A stretch of DNA of 63,893 bases, the filler included, from Peribolospora baueri (taxonomy: Eukaryota): NCBI GenBank assembly GCA_029717555.1. It is 3 parts of 3 records of this genome, joined end to end, with 100 filler letters (N's around TTAATTAATTAA, not from the genome) between each part and the next. Parts side by side here need not be neighbours in the genome. Positions count along the whole stretch, not along the records: positions 22,177 to 44,229 come from JAMDHS010000153.1; positions 44,330 to 63,893 come from JAMDHS010000161.1; 1 more part is not named here. The stretch is one strand, 5' to 3'. A program made the position numbers and the translations under genes. Below the pieces are notes generated by a model. The model was given only the letters and a program-made list of their open reading frames with translations, did no database searches and was not told the DNA's origin. Below, piece after piece: positions 36,796-63,893 of the stretch; the stretch's first letter is position 1, and each line of letters starts with the position of its first letter.

Positions 36796-39561
36796 TCAAC
36801 GAAACTCCAACCTCCTCGCGACCTTCTTAGCAGGCCTCTCGTCGGCCTCCTCCTCCCCATCCTCCTCCTTCGCTCTCCTGACGCCTCTTCTCCTATTCCC
36901 TCCCTCAGCGCCGTCCGCGACATTCAGCGGCGACAGCGGACCCCTCTGCACCGCCGTCGCCGCCGTCTTCAGGCGCTGGCGCAGACGGCCCGAGTCGGTG
37001 CGCGGAGAAGGCGGCGGGAGGGGACGAGGTTTGAGCTCGGCGGCCGGCTTGGGGAGCTTGGAGGGGGTGGTGGGTGGTGGGGAGTTGGAGAAGTAGGGGT
37101 GGCGGAGGGCCTACGGATCGAATGGCCGGGAAGGGGAGGAGGGTGAGCAAACGCGAGGAAGCGACAGCCGAGGGGAGCATACGTTGGAAACCGAGACGAG
37201 GCGGCGGGGCACCGTCCGCCGCCGAGCAGGCAGACGCACGCGTTGTCGCAGCGGACAGCACTCCTGGCCACGTCGACGCACACGATCACCCACCTGAGCC
37301 GCGCTGACGCGTTTTCGAGGGTTGTATCGAAGCATCTGATCGAGCAGGTCCAGGGCGTCGTTGCCGGCGCCAGTGAAGATGGTGTGAAAGGGGATCCGAG
37401 GCTTTTTGGCAGAGGGCACGAAATCGGGGAGTTTGGTATGACCCTGGTGGATGGATGGGTTGGTGGCAAGGGGGGTTGCGGACGTGAACGGGGATAGGCC
37501 GATGAATCGGACACGATGAAAACAGTCTTGGCCAAATGAAAGCCAAGTCGTCATCGATCGACGGTCACAAACTCACCGGCCAGTCCTCCTCCGTGGGCGA
37601 ACCGAGGACCTGAAAGATCTTGTCGACTTGCTGAAAATCGTTCTCGCCGGCCAGAAAGGGCATGCGGAGCATGATCTCGGCGAAGATGGTGCCGACGGAC
37701 CACATATCCACTGCCGTGGAGTAGGAACGAGCGCCGAAAAAGAGCTCTGGTGGGCGGTACCATCTGTCGAGCAGGTGACGAGAGGGTTAGGATGAGGGAC
37801 GGCGGGCCATTTCGTGAGCTCAAGCGACCATGAACTGGAGCAGAGTTGGACGGATTTCGTCCCTTTCATCGCCTCGACCGCCGGACGACTAACCTGGTAA
37901 CGACTTGATTGGACATCCTCACGTCCGGATCCGCGAGATCCCTCGCCAGGCCAAAGTCAGCGATCTTGAGTTCCCCATTTGAGGCGATGAGAAAGTTGTT
38001 CGGTTTCAAGTCCTGCGTGACGGCATGCAGAAAGAGCAAGCGCAGCCCCACAGAGAGGTGAGGGAGGCTTCTTTCGGTCTCCGTCTGTGAAGCACGAGGA
38101 AGGAGGCAACGATGGATGGAAAGTAAATCTCACTCGGTGCAAAACCCAGTGTCGATGACAAAACTCGAGACCTCTCAAGATCATGGCCATCCAGCTCTTG
38201 ACGTCGGCGGACTTGAACACGAGCGACTTGTCCTTGATGACCGCCTCGAGGTCCGTCACTAGGAACTCGAGCACCAGGTTGAGGTTGCGGCCGGTGGAGA
38301 AGACATCGAGGAGCTGCGAGAGCGGAGGGAGGGGAGATTTAGTAATATGGATGGACGTACCGTGGAGCTTGCGACCGAGTCGATCGAAGCTCACCTCGAT
38401 CACGTTGGGATGCTTGATCTCCCGGAGCGCCTTGACCTCCCTCACGGCGGACAAGTCGAGACCATCTTTAAAAACTCCAACCTGGCCGCATGAAACAGGG
38501 ACGGAGACGTAGAAAGAAGAGGAGAGGGAAGGAAGAAGAGATGGAACAAGCATGCCACGTGTCAGCCGTGCTTCTCTTCGCATCACATCGAGCCCAAAAC
38601 CTGATGGAGAGCAGGGCGGAGGAAGGAGGAGGCGGACAAACAAAACAGAGGGGAGTCGAGTGAACTGGAACTAAGACGAAGCGATGCGTGCCTGCGTGAC
38701 CCGACGACCGGACCGATCATCGGAGAAAGCCGATCCCCTACCAAAGACCATCTATCGCACATCACAGTCACTATCACCATCGCAGGTGCCGAGCGAGGCA
38801 AACAAACGAAACCAAAACGCCAAGTCGCCCGCATAGAGGCCCGTCCTGTTATGCGGGCGCGATGAAGTGCATCGGCATGGCACGCAAGCGAAGAGAAGCA
38901 ATGGCGTGGCGGAGCGGCGTCGCAAGAAAAGATAAGAAGAAAAAGATCGGGACGAGGAAGGAGATGTACCGACCTTGATTTTCTTGATGGCCACCTGACG
39001 GCCGGTAGAGAGTTGGCGGCCTGTGCGAGCGTGAGACGCAATTGGGTAGCGATCGTGAGACGGTGCAAGGTTGTGATGATGAAGTGAGGGTCGGCCAGAG
39101 ACCTCTCGAGGACGAATCTCCGTGGTTATTATTTTCGCCCGGCCCCGCCACCCAGCGAACGACGAACGAGGAGAGGTCCGTGCGCGCCGCCGCCGGTGGT
39201 GGAGGAACGAGGGACGACGAAACAATGCGACCTCGTTCCTCGTCACCACCTCTGAACACCTCTCCTGTGCCTCCGTCACTGCTACCCCGCTCCCCCACTC
39301 ATGCCGCCTGAATCCCTTCAAGGACAATCCGGCGCTCAACGGAACTCGAACGAACGAATGACGAACGAACGAACGACGAACGAACGACGAACGAACGGAC
39401 GAACGGAGGGAGGGAGGGAGGAGGGAGGGAGGAAGGAGCAAAAAGAAGGAGCAAAGATACCCACCACGAAAGACAACAGCATAAGTTCCTTCTCCGATAC
39501 GAGCCTCCTTGGTGTATTGCCCCGCTATGCGCGCGTTTTCCTCCGCTGCCAGATCTGCCAT
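36796..39561 (-). CDS. KIN28: TFIIH/CAK cyclin-dependent kinase Kin28/CDK7, multi-exon
   Basis: [61 protein letters not shown]-terminal [10 protein letters not shown]. Confidence 0.92.
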
Positions 39562-40784
39562 CGTCCCCGGCGTGCGAGAACTGCTGCTGCCGACCGCGGT
39601 GGGAGTTGCGGGGAGAAGAAAGGGAGAGAAGGGGAGACGTTGGCAAGGAGAATTAAGAACGAAACGATTTTTCTCTGTCTGAGAGGAATCTGAGATCGGA
39701 CGGTGCGGTGAGGTCATGTGATCGAGCGTCAAGTCACGTGCATCATCTTCCTCGTCCTGGCGTCCTGGAGTCCCGGGCCGCCAAGGGAGTATATTTATTT
39801 GTTATGGTACATACCGTGTATGTATTCTGGCGTGGACGTCGGATTCGTTGGTTGGAAAATGGCAGCAAACCTTGCCCGCGCTCACCGGCCTTGCCCTCTT
39901 GTGCATCCGCTGTTTATCCGTCCGTCCACCTCGCCCATCGCCTCCACTTTCGCCCTCCTCTACTCGTCCCATTCCACGTTCGCGCCGCTCACGTTTTCGC
40001 AGACCTTGCACTGGACACGTGCCGACGGACGTCTTTTGGTCCAATTTTTTCTGCTCCATGTCAGGTCGTCAGCCATGCCCTCCCCCACTTTGCGTCTTCC
40101 TCATCGGCAGCGGAGCGGAGCGGGCGGCCAGCGCCGCACGGAACGCCAGCAGGTACGAGAAAAATGAACATATGCCTGATTGCCGCCGTTGCTAATGACT
40201 AACAACAAAACACTACTAACAACGACCGACAAACGAACCGACGTGGTGATGGAGAAGGACGGAAGGATGGATGAGGCAGGGACCGAGTGGAAGGGCGTGG
40301 AAGGAAGTGTGAAAGGCGACGCGGAGGAGGACAAACGACGTGAAACGAGTACATGTACACGGGGTGAGATGACGACTAAACAGGACGAGGATGAGATGGA
40401 ACGACTAGCGAGCCCGGAAGGCGAGAGGAATTGGAAAAGAACAATCTCATATGAGACTCTACTACGACTAGGTATGGGTGGACGAGGTACGACGCGACGA
40501 CGCTTGCTGGCTGGACGAACGAGGGGGGCGCATGGAGGAGAGCGATGAAAGACTAGCGCGTACGAGAGTTGAGAGAGACGAGACGTGTTGATGAACATGG
40601 ATGAGAAGACGAGGGAAACTCGGCCGCTCTGCAGTCGGTCGCAGGCGGCAGGCGGAGGCGGTCGATGGCAGTCGATCGCCCTTTTTGAGACGGTCGCTCG
40701 CCCCTTCGGACGAAGTTGGAAGGATACGCTGATTATAACTGCTTACTGCACGGGCTTCGACGCCCTCCACCGTTTTGGCCCGGC

Positions 40785-43189
<2,405 letters not shown>

Positions 43190-44186
43190 GTTGGAAGGGC
43201 GATGCGAATCGCAGAAGTGCATTGACGAGGCGCGGCGGCCGGTGAGGAGGGGAAGGAGGGGTGGGCTGGAGGCGACGGAGAGGTGGAGGAAAAGGTGGAG
43301 GATGGGAGCGGCCAAGGGGAGAGACGAAGAGAAGAAGGAGGGGTGCTTATATGTCTTCTTCTGGAGAAATGAGGACGAGAAGATGGGCCTGCCTGCCTGC
43401 CTGCCTTCCTGCCTCTGCGTGGTGACCGTGCTCGCATTGTGTCGTGTTATGCCATCGTAACGTCACGGTGAGGTTACCATTCGTGTACTTCTCTCTTCTG
43501 TTTTTCTGTTCTCTTCGGCCGATCACGACGCCCGAATGTCGAGGCGCATTAGGGCGGCGAAGAAAGTGCACCGTAGCGGATTGGGTTAACGTATGTAAGA
43601 AACAAAGCTGCCCCCGTCCCTGTCGCGAACGGCGCAGGAGTGCGCAGACGCGGGAGGGAGGCTAGCTAGGCTGGAAGCGAGCGAGATAAGTGGCGAGGCG
43701 AGCGAGCGCGTCTGACGAGAGATGCCAAGTGCTTCTCCGACGGACACCTCGCCGGTCACGGAGGGGGTCGGCGCAAGGAGAGAGAGGGGAAATGAAGAAG
43801 AGCGGGTCTGGTTGGGTTGACGGACATTCTAGCGAGGCAAACGAATTGGAGCATGTCTGGAAGAAACCCCCAACGCAGAGACGGACCGTCGCCGTCGTCC
43901 TCCTCCCTGCACGAGCCGCAGCGGATGCCAATCCACGTGCGGGTTAACAACAAACAAAACACGCACGCCAACGCAACTGGACCCGCGCGGGCGCGAGCGA
44001 GGGCGAGGGCGGCTTCGAGTACGTTATGGTCGTTAATGGACGCGCAACTCGATACGCCCGCGCGCGCCGGGCGGCCACAGTGACCACCATCTGTGTCTCG
44101 CTGGCTGGCGGTTGACGGACAGACGGAGGGAGGGACAAAGGACGGAAGGGGAGGACGTGTCTCGCGTGACCTGGCCGGCCTTGCCT

Positions 44187-44229
<43 letters not shown>

Positions 44230-44329
44230 NNNNNNNNNNNNNNNNNNNNNNNNNNNNNNNNNNNNNNNNNNNNTTAATTAATTAANNNNNNNNNNNNNNN
44301 NNNNNNNNNNNNNNNNNNNNNNNNNNNNN
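44230..44329. other. artificial contig linker
   Basis: N44-TTAATTAATTAA-N44. Confidence 0.99.
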
Positions 44330-44378
44330 ACGCACGCGCAGAACGCACGCGCAGAACGCACGCGCAGAACGCACGCGC
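44330..44378. repeat. 13-bp GC-rich tandem repeat (ACGCACGCGCAGA x~3.8) at the mt contig edge
   Basis: Direct reading of the sequence. Confidence 0.9.
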
Positions 44379-44646
44379 TTTTTATTTTTTTTATTGAAAA
44401 ATAAAAAAACCTGGGCGCATAAAATTAGCTTGGGTTATAATATTATTATTTTTTATTTAACAGTTAGTAATTAATAAATACTATTTTTAAGATTTTATTA
44501 CCCTACCTATAAAATGATTTTATAAATTAAATTATTTAAACAATTATAACTCGACCTTTCCATTTTATATTTAATTATCTTAAACTTGTTTATACATATT
44601 CTTTATTTAATCGTAAGGATATTTATAAGGACTGTAAGAGTAATGC

Positions 44647-44672
44647 GGGCCCTGGCCTGCGGAGCTGGCCAT
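44647..44672. repeat. dispersed GC-cluster element (inverted copy at 48219-48244)
   Basis: GGGCCCTGGCCTGCGGAGCTGGCCAT has an exact reverse complement at 48219-48244. The related GGCGGAGCC core occurs near 44796, 46937, 48495, 48918, 59051 (rc) and 61387. Confidence 0.85.
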
Positions 44673-45407
44673 CCTAATTTTTAGTTTTTTAAAAAATCAA
44701 TTACACATGACTGGTTTTCCTAGCCTAAGAAATATATTGATAGTGTTTTATACTTATACCTTAGATTAAAGTAAAATAAAAACCGCGCAACTTGGGGCGG
44801 AGCCATCCTGATTTTTATAAAAATGTATCGACACAAAATATTTAAAGATTTAATACTTTTTAATTAAAGTATTTCACCTTTAATAAATATATTATTTAAG
44901 CCAGATACGCAGGAAAAATTTTAGTTTTTACTACAACTTTCAATATAGCTGCGCGCTCCTGTACAGTCTTCTTTTTACAAAAGAAAAAACCACAAAGTTA
45001 TATATTTTTTTTAATAGGATACTTTTTTGTTTTTTTTTCTTTGAAAAAAAAAAGAAAAATATAGAGTACTTATTTTTTGTGAACCGCTGCTGTTTTTCTT
45101 TTTACAAAAGAAAAAAAGCGAAAAGATTGTAGAAAAAACACAATAATTATATATTATATAGGAGATAGATGTTCTATTGCTATTACATCGATTTATTCTT
45201 TATACTGTTCATGTTTCCATTAAAAATAGCTTGATATAAACTCAAGCTAAAAAGCAGGTTGTTATTTATTTATGCGCTGCGCGCGTCCATATTTATATTA
45301 GAAAAGTATGGGGAGAGTTTCAAAAATATATTCCTACAAGACAAACCCTCTTAACTAGAAAGTATTGTATTATTAAATATAATTAGTATATAGTATCTTT
45401 TAGTAAA

Positions 45408-46433
45408 ATGAAATGAAACAAGAACAATTTGTTTATTATAATTATTGCCGTTATGCCTATCTCAATGTTTAGATTTGATGAGGAGATTTTGCCTCTGTTA
45501 TTTATACAGATAAATCCTATTAATGTATTTTCTAGTGGTTATGTTACAGCATTTAATAATATTACGGAAGATCAATTATTATTTGACGAGCGCATCGCAT
45601 TAATTCATTCTATTTGTGCGCGCAGCGCGTCTACTATTTTTCTAATTTTGCAAAAAACGATTAATTCTATATTAAATCATCCTGTAATTCTCTTCACTGT
45701 AATGATCGCTATAATTACAATTGGTATGATTTCTCATAGCAGTCGATTTTTCCCCAAAATTAGAAGAGGATTAACTATTGTTGCTGAAGGTACAACAGTA
45801 ACAGTAGGTGCTATACAAATAAGAGAGCATATTGAAAGGTTGAGAAGAGAAAGAGAAGAAAGAGAAAAAAGAGATAAATCTAACTCTGGAGGAAATAATT
45901 CTGGAGGAAATAACTCTGGAGGAAATACTAATAGTTCTTCATCTTCTTCTAGTTCTAATCAACCAGGAAATTCTCAATCAAGTTTAAATGCACAATCTAA
46001 TAATTCTTTCAATAGTGGGAAAGAAATTTATAAAAATATAAGAAATCCGGACGTTAATTTTCCTTTAAAAAATGCTTCTGTTTTTATTTTAAATAAAATA
46101 AAAAAGAGTAACTCGACAAAAATGTTTTTTTCATTTCCAATATTATTTTATAGGTTTAATTTAGATAATCCACCAGAGATAATTTTATCAGAATATATGG
46201 TAGTCTTAGGTATTATTGCTGTTTTCTGTCAATTCTCAGTTTATGGTTATTTATTCGTTAATTTTTTAATTAAATATACTGATATTGAAAGTAAATACCC
46301 TAGATTATACAAAATAGTTCGATTCTTAAGATTGCAATCTCTAATTTACGTTACATTACAAGCTATCATAGGTATATCAAGTACTCTTACTATAATTTAT
46401 ATTGGATCTTTATTTTGGTATACCTATACTTAA
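45408..46433 (+). CDS. orphan mitochondrial ORF (~340 aa), predicted multi-pass membrane protein with Asn/Ser/Gly linker
   Basis: 334-codon open frame from 45429; ATG at 45408 is in frame if TGA=Trp. Hydrophobic segments at both ends; (NSGGN)x3 from a 15-nt tandem repeat at 45882-45926. Confidence 0.6.
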
Positions 46434-46482
46434 TTTTTATGTAAATAATTTGCGAATATCTACGCTCCGCTATTTTTTTTGA

Positions 46483-46707
<225 letters not shown>

Positions 46708-47200
46708 TTTAATAATAACATATCTTTTTCTCGCGTGCGCCCAGGGCGCGTGCGTAGCTTATTAAAAAAAAAGATTAGTCTGCGCCGTGGGCGCTTGGGT
46801 ACTCTAATTTTTGATAAGCAAACCCCCTTAATTAACTAACCTATTTTTTGGGCCATAAATATTTGTTTGAATACAGAGTTTTGAGTCAAGTAAATTTAAT
46901 TATATGTTAAATATAAACCATAATGTTTCTTAGTCGGGCGGAGCCATAAAATTTTGCTATTTATGCTTTTATTACATAAAGGCTCCGCTGGTAAGGATCC
47001 AGAGGAAACAAGAAAAATTATTTATATTTAATATAGGAGTAGACATACCGTCTCAGCTGATTGGTAATTCTTAAAATATTATCGCTCCGCACAGGAAACT
47101 TTAAATATTAAAGTAAATTTTGTATGTGTCGTTATAATATAAATAAAATTATAAAATCAGTAAATTATTCCACTGATTCAACAGGTATAATAACCCAAAA

Positions 47201-48115
47201 ATGAAAAATATATTTACAAAAAGTATGCGTTTGTCGCAAGCAAATATAAAAAATATAAATGCACAGGGACATAGTAATTTAAATAATAATCGACTAATTG
47301 AGAAATCTATTATGTTCAAAGGTAAAGATGCAGTATCAAATAATAAATTTTATACTTTTGATAAAGGACAAAAGTCTAATCTACATCAACTTCCATCTAA
47401 ATTTAATATATTAACAGAAATTATACAAAGTTTCTTTGCAGCAATATCTATTCTTATTAGTAAACCTTTTTTTAGATATAACAATAATAAATTAACTATT
47501 AAATTATTTTATTATATTCCTACTGGACGTAGCCACCAAACTAATAATTATTATGAATTAGATACCAAAAGTATTAATGCTCTTGGTAATGCATTAACTA
47601 AAATATTTAATAGTGTGCGGAGCGTGCGGAGCGCGCCTTTATTTTTTGAAAAAAAATCAGCGTGCGGAGCGTCAATGAATAAAATAGATATAAATCAAGA
47701 AGTAGAGTTACGACTAATTCGATTAAATTATCCCTATTTAAATAGTGAAATTTTAGCTAAATATATTAGTATAAATTCAAATAACTATAAATTTAATAGA
47801 ATGCAAAATACTATTTTTAAAAAATTACCTTCTGTTAGAATGGATAGATTACAAGCATTATCACAGTTTAGCAGTGAAAATACTTTAAATAATTTTAATT
47901 ATTTACCAGCATATATTACTGGTATTAAGCTTCAAATTTCAGGTAGATTAACTACAGAAAGAGCAAAACCTAGAATAACTGTATCAAATAACATGAAAGG
48001 ATCTTTCGATAACTCACCTAGCAATAAATCATTAGTAGATTATGCTAAATATTCTAATAAAAATAGAATAGGAGCTTACAGTGTGAAAGTATGGATATCA
48101 CAATCTAGTTTATAA
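47201..48115 (+). CDS. rps3: mitochondrial ribosomal protein S3/S5
   Basis: LISKPFF..LTIKLFYY, VELRLIRLNYPYLNSEILAKYI, ITGIKLQISGRL..R, KNRIGAYSVKVWIS. Confidence 0.92.
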   Translation: MKNIFTKSMRLSQANIKNINAQGHSNLNNNRLIEKSIMFKGKDAVSNNKFYTFDKGQKSNLHQLPSKFNILTEIIQSFFAAISILISKPFFRYNNNKLTIKLFYYIPTGRSHQTNNYYELDTKSINALGNALTKIFNSVRSVRSAPLFFEKKSACGASMNKIDINQEVELRLIRLNYPYLNSEILAKYISINSNNYKFNRMQNTIFKKLPSVRMDRLQALSQFSSENTLNNFNYLPAYITGIKLQISGRLTTERAKPRITVSNNMKGSFDNSPSNKSLVDYAKYSNKNRIGAYSVKVWISQSSL

Positions 48116-48382
48116 TTAGAATATATAAATATATAACCCCTTAAATAATATCACTGCCAAATCTTTTTTAATTTTATATTAAATTAAAACAGGACAAACC
48201 CTCTGAACAAAAATTAGTATGGCCAGCTCCGCAGGCCAGGGCCCCCCACCCTTTTTTTGTTATTTCGGCTGATTTTGTATAGCCTTCCTTTTTATTTTTT
48301 TTTTGATAAAAAAAAAAGTACAAAAAAAATAAAAATAAAAGCAGGTAAAATAAAAACAGTATAAAGCCACAATATCTATTAT

Positions 48383-48454
48383 AGAGTTCTGAGGGAATCG
48401 AACCCTAATAGTAGAATTTGCAGTTCTCAAACAGATCCATCTGTAACAAAACCC
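48383..48454 (-). tRNA. trnC: tRNA-Cys(GCA)
   Basis: Reverse complement folds with anticodon arm AGAA-CTGCAAA-TTCT and T-loop GGTTCGATTCC. Confidence 0.88.
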
Positions 48455-48556
48455 AATAAACTTCTTATACTTTTTTATATTTCCTTCTAGGGGGGGCGGA
48501 GCCATAAAAAATTTGTTAAAATAAAAGCATACATGCACATCATTACTATTTAAAAA

Positions 48557-48630
48557 GTTCCCTTAGCTCAATAGGTAGAGCAACATTCTTCTAAAATGTA
48601 GGTTTGTAGGTTCAAATCCTACAGGGAACT
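48557..48630 (+). tRNA. trnR: tRNA-Arg(TCT)
   Basis: Acceptor GTTCCCT/AGGGAAC, D-arm GCTC..GAGC, anticodon arm ACATT-CTTCTAA-AATGT, GTTCAAATC. Confidence 0.93.
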
Positions 48631-48734
48631 AATACCTTATAGATATTTAATAAAATGTGACTAATTCATAGCCTGACCTTAATTAAAAAGGGTTCCAAAC
48701 TAATTATCAGCTTATATAATTATTAACAATAATA

Positions 48735-48817
48735 TACGAATAGTAGGACTCGAACCTACACAGTATTATACTATCTTAACTTAACTAAGACAAGGCTACC
48801 AATTTCTTCATATTCGC
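48735..48817 (-). tRNA. trnL: tRNA-Leu(TAA)
   Basis: Reverse complement GCGAATA..TCTTA-GTTAAGT-TAAGA, long variable arm, GTTCGAGTC, TATTCGT. Confidence 0.88.
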
Positions 48818-49330
48818 TTCTAATATATAAATCATCACGCGCTTTTTAGACACTCTTCTTCTTAATAAAAAGAAAAAGGATCGCTTTTATTTTTTAATTG
48901 AAAAATAAAAACCGGGTGGCGGAGCCCAGCATATAAAATTATCTAAATATGTGTAATAAAGTTCGCTTATGCTTAATTTTAATGGGCCTCGCGTCGTAGC
49001 CATAATTATTTATTATATCTTTATGGTTATGCGGAGTTATTATATAATATATAATTAATATATTATACTAATTTCCTTTCTTATATATTTGTTTATTTTT
49101 TTTTCGGTACGGTACGGTACGTGCTTCTTAATAAAACTTATTATATCAAGGGGGCCCTGGCGTAGCCATAATTAGGATTGATAATAAATTTTCTTGCATA
49201 TTTGTAATAAAGTTTAATACTTAATTATCTCCTTTTTTAAAGGTTACAATAATACATAAACATTCCTTATTTTAATATATATGTTAATTAATAATATGGT
49301 CATCTATAAAAAGCAAGCTCATATTTGGCT

Positions 49331-63893
<14,563 letters not shown>

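Noticed and set aside
48655..48716. possible rnpB or extra tRNA between trnR and trnL
   Set aside because: Only a weak CAGCTTAT resemblance; no GGAAAGTC partner motif and no cloverleaf.

Overview
This window is not one locus. It is three unrelated contigs joined by artificial 100-nt linkers (N44-TTAATTAATTAA-N44 at 22077-22176 and 44230-44329). Contigs 1 and 2 are GC-rich, intron-dense nuclear DNA of a fungus, probably a basidiomycete. They carry MAM3/CNNM-like, ETF-ubiquinone oxidoreductase, SPO11, C2orf76/DUF2340-like, MKK1-type MAPKK, ARO7, a KRE2-family mannosyltransferase, an expansin/DPBB-like secreted protein, a 1140-aa orphan, a MAK32/PfkB-like kinase, SIR2, KIN28/CDK7 and a class I DAHP synthase. 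Contig 3 (44330-end) is AT-rich fungal mitochondrial DNA. It carries an orphan membrane-protein ORF, a decayed atp9, rps3, three tRNAs and the 5' part of cox1, split by group II and group I introns. The most striking element is a perfect head-to-tail tandem duplication of a complete 2694-nt RT/maturase/HNH-encoding group IIA intron at the yeast aI1-equivalent site of cox1, with no exon sequence between the copies. Its ORF is out of frame with cox1 exon 1, but the last three exon bases (ATG) supply an in-frame start. Small GC-cluster and AT-hairpin elements have also invaded the mitochondrial ORFs.
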